A stretch of 62,179 bases of DNA, filler included, from Globobulimina sp. (GCA_003354225.1; 17 parts of 17 records of this genome joined end to end with filler, not necessarily neighbours in it); one strand, 5' to 3'; positions 1-13,900 are shown, numbered from the whole stretch's first letter. A program made the numbers and translations. Notes: generated by a model not told the origin, from the sequence alone.

Positions 1-66
1 CATGTCGTCATTCTTGCTCAACTGTCATTTGCTATGCTACACAAAATGTATAATACTATAAAACAG

Positions 67-3000
67 GCGTAAAAGCAGCAAGCAGTCTGTAAGTAGAGAT
101 GCGGTAAAAAATAACTCGAGAATGCGTGCTTTATCTGAATCCTCTGTCACTGATAAACAATACGTGAATTCAATGTCGTCAACACTGGTTCTATCAGACT
201 TTGCATTGGATTCCAACCAACATCCCCAGAATAGGCACAGTGTAATATCCACGGAAACCATTGATGAGAATAAAGAAAGTGCGCCGCAACCGATACCGGT
301 TGACTTTGAGCTAGATTTACATGTCAAACCTATAGAAAACATGCAAAATGTCGCAGATAATGCTCCCAACGGCAAACTTACCACAGATATGGATGATAAA
401 TCTGTGTCTCGCTGGGAATATTTTGCCATATTTGTATCCTCCTCTACGACCTGGATTTTTTATAATTTATACACCGCTTTTTATAATTGGAACGCTGAAA
501 TAAATGAATATAATAATGGCTCGCCAACAGACCGATGGCATGGCAAATACTTATTATTATTGGCTGTATACTGTGTATTTACATGGACAAATATGGCATT
601 TAACCCTTATAATTTTCCCTATTTTCGTAAATTATCACGTTCAGCCTCGCCGGTAATGCAGATTAAGAATGCCGATTTTGACCGAAATAGCAAGAAAGGT
701 ATGATCCGTATGGGTTTGATACGATTTTGGGTGATCTGTGCAGTGATTTATTGTATTGTAATGACTGGACTATGTATCATAAAATATGATTATTACTCTG
801 TGCGTTTAGCACAGTTAACAGTGTTATACGTATTAATGCCGCCGTTGATTAGCAATGTCATTATCTCTGGATTTTTATTAAAGCTCCAAGCTGGAATATT
901 CATTGCATTCCACAGCATTTCATGGATCATCTCCACATTCATTGTATTTTTGCTATTTAAGGTACGTATTACATGCATATCTGACCATTTTTGCATATAT
1001 AATATTATAATTAAAGGGATTCGACGGACACAGCCTGCATTTAACATACTTTTTCATTGTATCCATCGGTGCGTTTTGTGCGTTTCTCATCGCCACGGTC
1101 TGCATAAAAGCATTCATTTTCATAAAAGAAGCCGATTTGCGCCGACAATTATCGATAAGCCCTAAAAATATCCCCATCGCCGAGCCGTACATATCGAGGA
1201 ACAGCAACAGTGCGTCGAGTCTGCATCAACTGCACATCACACACGACGTTAAGGACAAATTCAAAGGCAAACCGATCGATTGTTGTTGTGCCAAATTCCA
1301 GTTATCATTGAAGCGGTTCTTCTTGCTGCAATCCTTGATTTCAGCGTCCACGTTTTGGGGCTTTTGGGGCGTTGTTTCCATTTCGCCGCAGCCCAAATAT
1401 GACAGTATCACAGAATTACTCTTTGTGCTCGCCTGCTGTTGGTACCATCCAATGTTTTATTCCACGACGAACAGAGCGCGCAACAAAGCCAAATCTATAA
1501 AGAAATACGCATTTAACAGCTATTTCATATTTGGCGCTTTGATTGGCATGGCGCAATGCGGCATATTTGTGCTATATTGGTACATAAACATTCGTTATGG
1601 GAGCGATATTGGTGTGGATGGTGAAAATGGTTTACATTTGGTGGTGTTCAATGATTTTGTACTCAACGAAGCCAATGTGCGCTATGCTTCGTTTTTTGCT
1701 GCATTCATCGTCAGCTTTTTATTCTATTTCCCAGCCACTGGTTATTTGCTATACAGAGCGCCGTTAGCCTTTGCATTGTCCCATTTGTTCTTCGCAACCA
1801 TGGCAGTGTTCATACCATTGGCCATCACAGACATTGCAGACCGTAATGTAGTGTCCATCGACGAGACGCAGTTTGGCATAAAATTCATCGCCGATGAGTT
1901 TGATCGCGACATTGTGAACAAAAAAATCACGGTAATTATATTGTATATGGTGGTGTTTGCAATGTTTCTGTCGTTGTCAGGGTTCAGTTGCACGTACTTT
2001 CGATTTAAAAAAGTATTGGTGGAGTCTCAGGCCATTGTCACCGGATATAAGTATTTTGAGTACAGACTGGAATATCCAATGACCATTACCATGTTTATAA
2101 CGTTGATGATGAGTTTCGGCGACTTTTTAACAGATTTTTTGTTTGCTTTTGTCGAGTATGGATTGAAAAATTGGATACGATTCACGGCGCGAACTCTGTT
2201 CATTGTACAGTTGTTGCTGCAGTTATTTTCGTTGCAATCTGTTATTTTGAAAGTTCGCGGACAATTAAGGTATGCATTTGCGTTGACATATGATTGAAAG
2301 AAACTGTTTTGTTTTGAATATATGCACTATGCATTTCAGCGAAAAGCATTCCAAACATCAATTGAGATATTTCCGTGAGTGGTTGTATAATTTGCTGCCT
2401 TTGGGATGCGGCAAATGTGGCATAATCATAATTTATCCGTTTTGCTGGTGCATTTACTATGTGTTTGTGATCATAGTCTCGTTATTTCTAAGTGCGACGA
2501 AAACGATTTCTGTGCGCCAAGTGCAGCAATGGTGGCTGTCATTGATTGTCGTCGATTACATACAAACTGCAAACAAGAAATTAGAGCAACACACAAAAAC
2601 ACAAAAAGAGATCAAACAAAAGATAGAAAATATAGGGCAATATCATCCGAATCCGAATCCGAATCCGAATCAGAATCAAAAGGAAGGCGGCAAAGTGACT
2701 CAATTGGAAAGCGACTACGCCAAAGTTGACGATTATTTTTATGCGCAATATACCAATATCAACGACCATCGGTTGGGTTTGAATGATGTCCACGCGGTGT
2801 ATTGGTCGGAATTGAATAAAATGTACGAAAATAGCTCGTCCTCTGACAATAAATCCGATGACGAGGATGAGGTTCAAGTGCAAGAAGAGGAAAAAGCACA
2901 TCACAATCATATCAATTCGAGCTCGCTCCATATGGAAAATAATCAGATTCAGATTCAGATTCAGAGCGAAGACGAATATGATGCGAGTTATGACCCTCGT

Positions 3001-3507
3001 TTTGACGATGATAATATTTCGATGAGGATACAGAAAATAAAGCGAAAGAGACAAAACACGAAATTAAACAAACAGCGACAGGAAAATATCGAGAAGCAAG
3101 AAATAAAAAAGAAAAAAAAGAAGAAGAAGAAGAAGAAAAAGAAAAAAAAGAAGAAAATAGCGAAATCGGATCAGTTTGATACGGTGTGGTTGGGATGGAA
3201 CACCGCTGAAAATAATTTAGGAGTAGTTTTTAAAATATATTTGTTTGTCGATAAGTATACTCCGAAATGGATGCGGCATTTGTATATAAATGCAAATGTT
3301 TATAATACTTATTTTCTGACCGAGTTGATTGTGGAGTCGCTGCCGCAGTGCATATTGATTATTACAAATGCGTATCTTAAGAATGATTGGACCCCGATTC
3401 CCATTGCAAGCATTTTCTTTAGCGGCGGCATGATTGTTTACAATGTGGCGAAAATCGTCTATTACGTCGGCTATATGAACAAAGACATGCGGAGTGTTGT
3501 TTTATAA
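67..3507 (+). CDS. Large polytopic membrane protein with an XK-related-like C-terminal region; spliced, probably 5'-partial
   Basis: ORFs 122-1165, 1137-2297 and 2290-3507 join in frame via GT-AG introns 962-1016 (phase 0) and 2270-2339 (phase 2). A likely upstream acceptor ends at 66. Many TM segments; motifs FGDFLTD and ELIVESLPQ; internal acidic and poly-Lys loop. Confidence 0.7.
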
Positions 3508-3566
3508 TTTATTTTTTTTGTTCCTTTTTTGTTTTGTGATTGCGCCTTATTTTTTTATGTTTACGT

Positions 3567-3666
3567 NNNNNNNNNNNNNNNNNNNNNNNNNNNNNNNNNN
3601 NNNNNNNNNNTTAATTAATTAANNNNNNNNNNNNNNNNNNNNNNNNNNNNNNNNNNNNNNNNNNNN
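3567..3666. other. Artificial contig linker N44-TTAATTAATTAA-N44 (first of 16)
   Basis: Identical 100-bp spacers, with stops in all six frames, at 3567, 7232, 10897, 14562, 18226, 21890, 25554, 29218, 32882, 36545, 40208, 43871, 47533, 51195, 54857 and 58519. Intervening contigs fall from 3566 to 3561 bp. Confidence 0.99.
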
Positions 3667-3964
3667 AAAGAAACACAAAAATGTTATATAACTGCGAGCA
3701 AAAAACGTTTACATTATAATCTCAATTTATTATGCGTACCCAAACGAAATAATGATACCAGTTAATGACGTGGTTCATTTAGTACTAAACATACTGTTTC
3801 CATAGATAAAGAATATGGATCCATCCAAATTGTCGCTTCAGAAACTGCCATAAGTACCATTGTGTTATCCAATGAAATATATGATATATCGTTGACTGTC
3901 AGCTGGTATTTTATTGAAAAAAAACGTCTGGAAAATCTCTAAGAAGTTTTTGATCTTAATAAAC

Positions 3965-5458
3965 ATGAGAAAATGCCTTGCTTTCCCAAACACAAATATA
4001 CCATCATATTGCTGTCTAATTCGTCAATTCCGATGCAGTACATCAACACTACAGAAAGTTTCAGAAAATTACAATAATGACTCAAATCAAAATACCAGCG
4101 TTAACATTCTAAAACGAAATGAAAAACAATTGCTTAGAAAGCAACGTGTTGATAATAACAATTTGCGAGGTCCATCATTCAAAGCAACCTATCAATCTGA
4201 AATGAGCAAATTAAAAACTAGCCATGAAATCGAAAATTATTTGAATAAAGCTCATTCATTTAAACTCATTCCAAAACAAAAAATGTACATTGAAGCAATC
4301 ATTTGTTACGGCAAAATGCATGAATATGATATGGCATATTCATTATTTGACAAATCAAAAAAAGATGGAAATTGTAAGAAAGATACCTATGCAGCAATTA
4401 TGTGGTTAATGTGTCAACAAAACAGAAACGTAAATACAATCAATCATTGTATTGAATTAATGACTGAAATGAAGTCTCACTTTGGCTGGAAACCTTCAGT
4501 CAATTGTTACCAAGTGCTATTATCAAATATCACCACTCTCCGGCTATATTCACATGGAATCATATTAATTAACGATATCTGGAAAGATAACAAAGATATA
4601 TTACGAAAATCATATGTGATAAGGAGTAGCATTGTTAACTTCTATTCGAAAAGCATGCATTATGAGAAAGCATTGGAGTTTATTAACAAAATAAAAACAG
4701 AGTATGGAGCTGCAATACTAAATGATTCCGATTATATGTTTAGTTCAATACTATCAGGGATCGCTAGCATGGTTAATATGGAAAGTGATACAAAAAGCAA
4801 ACAATATCACATTAAAATTGCAGAGAAAGTTTTTTCAACTTGTTGGATTTTGAATAATCGAGCCCCAATTTCCTCGGTATTCTCCTCATTGATTGATGTT
4901 TATGCAAATGTTGGCGATATTCATTCTTGTTTGGATATAATTGATTCTATGTTGAAAAAAGATAATTATCCAAATGTCAGCATCATTACTATAACGACGG
5001 TGTTTAAAGCGTTGAATGATAAAATGGGATATGAGTATGTCTGGAATGTTGTTGATGATTTGTTGTGTATTGTACGTGAGAATAACATAAAAAAAGATGT
5101 TGTGTTTTATACAAATATATTCAGCTTATTTGGCAAAATTCATTGTGATGTTGCGACTGCAGTTTATAATGATGATTTTTTGCAATTGAATAAATTGAAA
5201 GGGTTTTATGATGAGATGGTGCGCGTCGATGGCTTATCACCAACGGAATATACATTGAGTAGTTTGTTAATGAATGGATTGAGTTTATTTGAAAATGTGT
5301 TTAAAAGTAATATGGATATTGATGAGAAAATAAAGAATGAATTACAAGAGTTTGTTGATTGGATGTTGTCAGAGTATAAGAAATATAATGTGCCATTGAA
5401 TGGAAAAATGAGGCAGAATTTAAATAAAAAAATGAAATATTTCTGTCCATCAATTTGA
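3965..5458 (+). CDS. Pentatricopeptide-repeat (PPR) protein, probably mitochondrial
   Basis: First ATG at 3965; Arg/Ser-rich presequence-like N-terminus; ~35-aa helical repeats (MYIEAIICYGKMHEYDMAYSLF, GWKPSVNCYQVLL, VFSSLIDVYANVGD, DGLSPTEYTLSSLL). Confidence 0.8.
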   Translation: MRKCLAFPNTNIPSYCCLIRQFRCSTSTLQKVSENYNNDSNQNTSVNILKRNEKQLLRKQRVDNNNLRGPSFKATYQSEMSKLKTSHEIENYLNKAHSFKLIPKQKMYIEAIICYGKMHEYDMAYSLFDKSKKDGNCKKDTYAAIMWLMCQQNRNVNTINHCIELMTEMKSHFGWKPSVNCYQVLLSNITTLRLYSHGIILINDIWKDNKDILRKSYVIRSSIVNFYSKSMHYEKALEFINKIKTEYGAAILNDSDYMFSSILSGIASMVNMESDTKSKQYHIKIAEKVFSTCWILNNRAPISSVFSSLIDVYANVGDIHSCLDIIDSMLKKDNYPNVSIITITTVFKALNDKMGYEYVWNVVDDLLCIVRENNIKKDVVFYTNIFSLFGKIHCDVATAVYNDDFLQLNKLKGFYDEMVRVDGLSPTEYTLSSLLMNGLSLFENVFKSNMDIDEKIKNELQEFVDWMLSEYKKYNVPLNGKMRQNLNKKMKYFCPSI

Positions 5459-5598
5459 TTGCTGTTTAAACCAAACAACTCTTTCCCATAAATATGTACC
5501 TTTAAATTGTCGGATTTACTCTAAACAAAATCCATAATTGAAAAGATTTGTCAACATTTTGGTGAAGTAATAAAAAAAACTTTAATTGTTGTTTGGAT

Positions 5599-7025
5599 AT
5601 GATGATGATGTGTTTTTTGTTTTTGATGAGATTACATTCATGTAGGAAAACAACGAGAATCTCGTTTGGTTCTTGCATTTTCCCAAATTTGGATAAATCA
5701 ATATTGAAAGATATTTCCTTGCGAGAGCCTGATTTATTTATACTAACAGGCGATATAACGTATTTAGATTACGAATCAATTGATCTGTATTCGAATCTGG
5801 CCATTTTAAAGGGGCATTTTCTCGGCGGTTCATCCGATATTGATAATAAATTAGACATTGAGAGAGAATGGCGGGAGATATGGGATATGACTGTAAAGGA
5901 TAAAAATTGGTTAAAACTGAAACAAAAAACAGATATAATATCAATATGGGACGATCATGACTATGGTCAAAATGATGGTGTATTCAATAATAAATATCGT
6001 GAATTGGCAAAGAAATTATATTTAAATGCAATGGATATTGACCGTACGGACGAACGGAGAGAAAGAGAGGGGGTTTATTATTATTATCCATTTAAAATAC
6101 AATTAAATAATGAAATTAGCAAAATAATTGACATCATATTATTGGATATTCGATATTTTGCAAAAGAAGATGGTGATGAAAATATATTGGGAAACAAGCA
6201 ATGGTTATGGTTAGAAGATATATTAAGGTATGATATCAGCTATGTATTTCCGAACTTTTTCTGCATTTCAGAAACATTTCACCATATTTCAGAAATAAAT
6301 TACATGGTGATTTAACATTACTTATTTCGGGCATACAAATGATACCAATTTCGCGGAATAAAACAAGTGAAACTTGGTCAAGATTTGGTGAATCACAGCA
6401 GAGATTGTTTAAATTGGTCAATGAGATAAAAACAGATAAAAAACAGGAAATTATATTGATTTCAGGTGATGTGCATAGAGGAGAAATAATGAAAATTGTC
6501 TGCGAGAATGGTGGTACACATTACAGCGAATTTACAGAAGTAACAAGCAGCGGATTAACACATTCCATTGGTGATGATGCACCATTTATAGTTAGATTTT
6601 ACATGCGATTGTTACATGCGATTGATTCTGATGGAATTTCTCAATGTGTATGGAGGGGAATAAATTTTGGTGAGATTGATATTGAATGGAACAATGATTT
6701 AAATGCGATTAAAAATATAAATATTAACATATTGGATAATAAGCTGAATGTCAAATGTTCATCAAGCATAAAACCAATGGTTAATAATAATACGCAATGG
6801 TTTAAACAGTTAAAAGGCAAACAATATGCCCCTTTGTTACAGACAGATAAGTTGCTTTGTTATGGAGCACAGGAACAATATACAAAAACACAAAAGTATT
6901 GGAAACAAATAATATTTGAGTGGTCGTATATGTTGATTGCAATCTCACCATTGTTTATCACGGCTGTCTTGTATCAATGTGTGAAATGTTTGTGTTCAAA
7001 GAAACATAAACAAAAAATAGCTTAA
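5599..7025 (+). CDS. phoD: PhoD-family alkaline phosphatase with C-terminal membrane anchor; 2 exons
   Basis: Motifs FGSC, LTGDITYLD, IWDDHDYGQND, LLDIRY, LGNKQWLWL, ISGDVH, EVTSSGLTHS. Intron starts 6228 with in-frame acceptors ending 6271 or 6292, giving LEDILRNKLHGDLTLLISGIQ. Confidence 0.88.
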
Positions 7026-7713
7026 ATTAAACATAAATGGTATGGGGTTATTTTCTTCCAAAATAATGATACAACTACTTGCATATTCCCAAATATTCAG
7101 AAATTCCAAGTTTTAATGCATTATTTGCAGAATTAAAATAAAAACCTCACCGTTTCAAAAATAGTTTCAAAGAGAGATACTTTCTGATGAACCTATTGAA
7201 GGTCATCGATGAAGCAATTTTTGCGTTAGATNNNNNNNNNNNNNNNNNNNNNNNNNNNNNNNNNNNNNNNNNNNNTTAATTAATTAANNNNNNNNNNNNN
7301 NNNNNNNNNNNNNNNNNNNNNNNNNNNNNNNTGCCCAAGAAACAACACGTTTGGTTATGCATGTTTTACGTTTGGATTTTCAAAACTTTTTTTATCGTTT
7401 TGATTTTATGGCAAACGGTTCAATTAATCATCATTTTCAATTTTTTAAGTTGTCCATTGTAATTCTTTTTTCCTTAATTATTATTTTATAATTATTACGT
7501 TATTATTATTTTATAATTATTACACCGTCAAAAATGATTTGTCTATGACGAGAAGTAAAAACTTGGGGTTTTTATGTTGAATTCAATAAATTAAAAAATT
7601 AAATTAAAAAAAATATATACTGCACGAGTCTTGAAAATAAATTAAAAACTTAAGTCTATACTACACGAGAAACAATTGGCAAAAAGAAATCAATTAATCC
7701 TCCAACGAGCCCA

Positions 7714-10092
7714 TCAAAGGATGCAATGATGAACTTCCCACTTATTTTTCTTCGGATTTGTTTTGTGTTCCAACAACATGTTATTTATTGGCGGTAAGCC
7801 AACAGTGGCTCTTAATATATTTTCAATACACGATCTTTGTTTAAATAATGCATTGATAATAGGTGTATTCTTTGGCACTAAGGGTGCTTTTAAGAAAAAT
7901 GATAACATAGTTAACATACAATCAAATGGCTTATAATCATGATCCGATTCCGATGTTAATTTCCATGTAATTCTTTGAAATAATTCTGTAAAAATAATCA
8001 AATCAATAATAATCGGTGCAGCTAATAATGAATCTTCGCAGGTATTATGTAATACGATCGTATTCTTACCATTCATGAATATGCGAGATATATATTCGTC
8101 CATTGCTCGTTTACTATCACCAACATTTGGCACATATTTAATCACAACACAATGATCAATCTCATCCTTATTCTTTTTATATAATATTTTATTTGATTTT
8201 ATAATATCGTCCACAACATTTGATTTTGAGATTTCTTTTGATTGGAATTGTTTGGCCGCATTTAAATTTTTCCCATCATTATTACCCAAATGGTTATATG
8301 ACACAATACTTTCTGGCTTAATCCCTGACGATATTAAAAAATCAACCAATACGGATTTGAGTTTGGTTTGTCCGGATTTAAAATCATTGCCACCAATAAA
8401 AACATTTCGTTTTCGCGCCATTTCAATCAAAGCGGGACAAAACGTATTTTGTGGCGATCCATTAATAAATGCGCAATCCTCCAAAATCGAAGCAGTTGCA
8501 AACATTTGGGACGGTGAAATCTCCCCACTCTGAGCATTTGCAATTGAATTTAAAAAATTTTCTTCCGTATCATGAACACCGGCTACAACATCACTAAATC
8601 GCTCAGTGTTTGCAGTCCAAATTACAATCACTTTATCCAAAGTATTTCTGGATTTGAACGAAACGATATCATTTCGAATTAAATTTAAATGTTTTAAGCA
8701 TGCAACCTCGCCATGATAAATATTATTTGCTCGCGAACATTGATTTGCTGCAATAAAATCCGGATAATATATGGATTTCATTGGTGTTATGTCTTTTAAA
8801 TAAGGTTTTAATTTCTGCTGTAATTCGTATTCGAATACAGCCGCTCTTTGCATTGCAGCATCTAATGAGAAATTATTAATGTCCCACCCATTTATTATCA
8901 AATCATTTGGATCTACCATTGGAACTAATGATTTTAGAGGGACGTAAACTTGCTCATTTTCTTCATTACAGCCTAACAATGTTGTGCTTGATTGCGATAA
9001 TGAGCCAAAATAATTTGCATATTGCACACCATCTTTATTATTCCATGCAATGTGATGTTTGTTGGCTAAAATGCCGCCAAGCACTGTTGTTCCATTGTTA
9101 CCACCAATACCTACCAATAATACGCCTAATTTAGGCATTCTTTTATCGGTTTTAAACGTATAATGTCTTTCTACTGCTTCTGCAATAATTGAACCATTCT
9201 CATCTTTCCGTACTTTGGTTGACCGATACAAATAATTACTTGTTGTAAAATCTTGTCCAGAATCTACATTTTTTGATTGTATTAATAAATGAGTTGGTTG
9301 TGATACGGGTGGAGGTAAACCGTATCTGTCTTCAATGTGTTTTGGAATGCGATTAAATATTTTATTTTCAGTAAACTGTATATTATTTGTATAACATATT
9401 TAAAAATGTGTTTGTATAAAATATTTACATACCGATAAATTTGTTAATTCACATAATCCCATTGGGCTAAGTCTGTGTTGATATTTACTTGTCACCGCAT
9501 CCAATAATTGTCCCCATTGCTTTGGGTCACGTTTATATCCGTTTTTTTTTGTTTTATTCTCTTTTTTTGCCTCATATTCATCAGAATCTGTTGACTCATC
9601 AACATATTCATCAACAAATTCAATATCGCTATCTGCATCAACCTCTTTTTTATTTTTATTTTTCGATGTTTTTTTTTTGCGTCTTCTTTTTAATTGGTCA
9701 CTATATATTTGTATTTTACATCGTGGCGTATCACATGATTCGTTACCAATTAATAAAATAATTTGATCACCGTCCAATGGTTTGCAATATTGCATAGATA
9801 TCTCATCCAACGCCACAGCAGCATCTAACGTATAATTACATTTACCATCTATGCCTTGGCTTTTTTTTGCTTTCATCATCCAACTGCAATGGTCATCGCA
9901 TACTCGCAAATGTTTGGCAATGCGTTCTCTCTGTTTTTCAAAATATTTTCCCGGCGCAAAAGCTCCTTTACCATCAGCAAGCGTTTTATAATCAGCACAC
10001 CATTGAATAACATACGTTTTGTTTCCATTCTTTTTCGCTGATGTTTTGATCTTAAATGCTCTGTGTGATATGTGATATGCGATATTGCCCAT
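7714..10092 (-). CDS. INO1: myo-Inositol-1-phosphate synthase with a long N-terminal extension; exons 10092-9433 and 9375-7714 (773 aa)
   Basis: MIPS motifs GIGGNNG, IWTANTERF, NGSPQNT, DFKSGQTK, SYNHLGNNDG, GDSKRAMDEY, HNTCEDSLLAAP. The frame is open upstream to an acceptor at 9376. GTATGT donor at 9432, phase 0, 57-nt intron. Confidence 0.92.
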
Positions 10093-10558
10093 AAGTTTGG
10101 TTCAAAAAAAAAAATAACTTTATATTCTGTTTCTGTTCATTTTCAGCTAAATCTGACATGTTGCTTACTACTAATTCTGTTTCTTCAAAACACCGCATGG
10201 CTCAAAGTCTGTGAAAACCTCCCAAGTGAAGTATAATAATTCGTTGATGCTTGTTCTTGTTCTTGTTCTTGTTATTTATAGTTCATAATTCTAAACATAT
10301 CCTTTGCAGCTGTTTACATATCAATAGTAGCTGTCTATATGCTATTATATCAACTGTTTAGTGTTTGCAAAGAGATTGCAAGAAGATTACAAAAACATTA
10401 CAAGATTACAAAAAGATTGCAAGATTACAAGAGCTATTAATTAGTTATTTACATGTATAGCGATAGTACTTTCGTGAGCTAGTCATCAGTTAGTTAGCTA
10501 GCTAGTCATCCTACGTATGCATTTCAATAAAATTATAAAACATTAACAAAAAAAAAGG

Positions 10559-10896
10559 TCATAAATTCGGATTTTGAATGGCTTGTATTAATTCATCACA
10601 ACAAGTAACAATTTGTTTATTATTTTTATATTTTTGTTTATATGATTTGAACACCATGCTCATATCCAATGATTTTGCAAATTGAATCACATTCATATCG
10701 CGGAACAACAACGTACCACAACCCATTAAAATATTCAATAAAATATCAGTATCATTCTCGCGATATAATATCTCACTGCACAACGCCAAACATCTTATTT
10801 TCTCCGCCACGAAGGCTTTATTGCCTTTCATATAAAAACAATACGCAAAATGCAATAACACCCTCACAAATGCTAAACGTGTGTTTTTCCTTTCTT
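10559..10896 (-). CDS. PLAA: 3' fragment of a PUL-domain protein (PLAA/Doa1/Ufd3-like)
   Basis: ENDTDILLNILMGCGTLLFRDMNVIQFAKSL...IVTCCDELIQAI resembles the PLAA C-terminal PUL helices (RLLVALGTL...QLAKSL...ECC). Cut by the contig end. Confidence 0.7.
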
Positions 10897-10996
10897 NNNN
10901 NNNNNNNNNNNNNNNNNNNNNNNNNNNNNNNNNNNNNNNNTTAATTAATTAANNNNNNNNNNNNNNNNNNNNNNNNNNNNNNNNNNNNNNNNNNNN

Positions 10997-13900
10997 TTGC
11001 GAATCTAAATCAGAGTAAATGCGACGTATAGAATTAATATGTTCATTGTTACGATCGCGAAGGGTGCGGTTCCCATTGATTCCCGCGCCACATTTCCCAA
11101 TATAAAAATCCAAACAGCGGCAACAAAAAATGATATATATAATGTTCACCGAGAAGCATGATAATTGTTGGGAAATTTTAAATTTCTCATTCGTATATTT
11201 ACATTTCCATATTCGACGTTCTTGATAACAATCTGAATAATTACATCGACAATTTTTACTTACATTGGGTACAATACCTTTACGTTTCAGGATAGAGCAT
11301 GGTATAAATCCTTTCCATTCATGCAATAATGTACGTGTACATAACTTGCCATCGATTATGACATAAATATCGTCAGTTTTGCGAATCTCCATTATAAATT
11401 CCACGCAGTTAAAGTATTTCGGAGAGATCAGCGCCAATTTCAATTTATTATGACGTGATAATTGCTGCTCAATGGCCATTTTATGATTGTCATCGCGAAA
11501 GCGATTCGGCGTCAGCCGTTCCTTCAGGTTTAAGCCAGCACGCTGCCAAGTTTCAGCAAAGAATGATAATGGAATGACAGCAGCCAGTATAGCATCACCA
11601 GCAATGTGCTTGAACCAAATTCGGCGCAATAAGCGATTGAATACACCAACAACCAGAGGGTGGTATTTATGAATAAAGCGAGCACACATTTTCTGCTCAG
11701 CTGGTATCGGGTTTGCCGGCCGGCGACCAAACGGATTGTAAGTATTGGGATTCCAACGACGGAGTGCCTGCAATTTCGTCAATGAGGCGTAATAATTAAA
11801 TATAGCATTCACGAGCAATGCATCATAGCCACGAGCGATCAAATAACATTTATAATCATACATGGCAGCCTCCAGATAAATATCATCGGTGATGGAGCGA
11901 ATGCGTAAAGCGACGCCGTTAATGGTGCCCGTAAATGTGGCGCCTGGATGACAGGAATGTGCATCTAAATATGCGTGGGAGTCAGTGGCCTTCGGCGAAA
12001 CTCTGGAGACCAATTTCTTGAGTACAAAATCATAACAAATACAAACGTCCAATATCTGAATGGAATGCGGTGCGATGCGATCAATATCAGTGGTAAACTG
12101 AATATTGGTAACATCACGTTGATGGGCGCCCAAATTAAAATGATATTCATCAAAGGTGCTGTTGGTTGGAGTCTCGTGCATGGGATTAAAATCAAACAAA
12201 TGATTCATCCCATCTCTTAACATAAAAACATCGAACAATATACCAACAGCAATCAGCAAATAGTCATCGCGATAGCGGCCGGAGTATAATAGATCCAAAT
12301 CACATACTTGCTTAACCCATACTTTATTCTGTAACAACATATCAAATATAACCATGACAAAATCACATAATTGCGCTGCGAAATCGACTCCTTGGCCTAT
12401 GCCGCTAACTGGGATAAATTCTTCACCGTTGAAGTCCGACACATTATGAGTAATACAAAAATATAATAGATCGCGGATACAGGCCGGGGACGGGCGGGAA
12501 TAATGCAGATCGTCAACTAAATCATAAACATAACACAACATTAAGAGACTTAACTGGTGCAGTATGGATGGATACATTCCAACGACATCCATCGAAAATA
12601 TCAACAAATTGCCATCTTCAGCAGCTGTATGAAGGCGGGGGTCGTTATTCAGAGTCTCCATGATCAACATCAAAGCTTTCGTGTCTTGAATTTGATAATT
12701 TAATGAATACCATTGAGGGAGGAAGTGGTGCAAAATCAGCTGCATTACAGGTTTAAGGAATGTCCCGCACGAAGAATTAATAGCACGTTGCGAATTTGGG
12801 TTCGGTTTATGGTCTTTGTATTGGCAGTAAATATTAGATGGTTTATAATGGTAATGATATGGATATCTAGCCTTTAATGCTTCGATCCAATCGAATAACA
12901 GTTCACCTTTTTCGAACCAATATAATAACTTCTGATTAAATTCCGATGCCAATACTGATAAATCAAAATTATATAACGGCACCATATTCTGTTTAAGTAT
13001 GGTGCGCCGTGATTGTGCTGCATATAAATCAGTTGATGTGTATATAAAATTACTAGTTTTATCCGTCGGTCGCTGTATCACGACGGGATGATTGATAATG
13101 TCCTCAATTGCCTCTTCCTGCTCTGGTGTCAAATTGGTTGGGAACTGAGTGTTCCGCTGAATTGCTTGGCACTCAGCGATATAGCTATGAGTGAGTTCGG
13201 TGAGAAAGGATTCCAAGTTCACTTTGCCGGAATTCTGCACGACCTGTTTCAGACCGCCTTGAAATACCATGTTTTTGTTGAAATCGCTGTAGGATTCCTC
13301 TGGAAACGATATTTTATTGGCAGCCCAATAAGTATAAATAGACCGGATCTTATTATACCAAATGGTATTGTTCTTAGGGACTGGCGGACCACGCGGCCGT
13401 TGCTCATCATCGCTGTCGTTTGAATTATTAAAACGATTATCTTCGTCGGGTTTGTTAAAGTACCAATGTAACCGGACGCGTCGCACTAAATTAAAAAGAC
13501 CAATATGTATGTTATGAAAATCAAAACTTGGGGGGATGCTAACAAATTTCAAGCTCAATTTGTTAACCGACAATAAAGCGTTTGAGGGCTGGAACCCCGG
13601 GACCAAAATCATCGGTGTCTGTTGAGGTGCTACGCGGCGCGCTTCATCGATAAAGATCATTCGAATCTTTTTCTTGTGTTGTTTTACCAATTTTAATTTG
13701 CGGAATTTACGGCGGCGCCGCCGGGATTTCGCTTGATCTACAAATGATGGGATCGATAAGCAATTATTATTATAATTGGAGTGCGGGACTTTACTCGGAT
13801 CAGAGATATTGAACAGCTGTGGGGTATGCGGTGTCGTGATCGGTCGATTGGTATCAATAAAAATCTGTTTAATAGTGTTAATAACAGCTATTTTCGTAAT

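Noticed and set aside
10250-10510. (GTTCTT)n, AGATTACAA and TAGC short repeats
   Set aside because: Ordinary low-complexity intergenic or UTR microsatellites. The same applies to 7478-7523 and 29560-29670.
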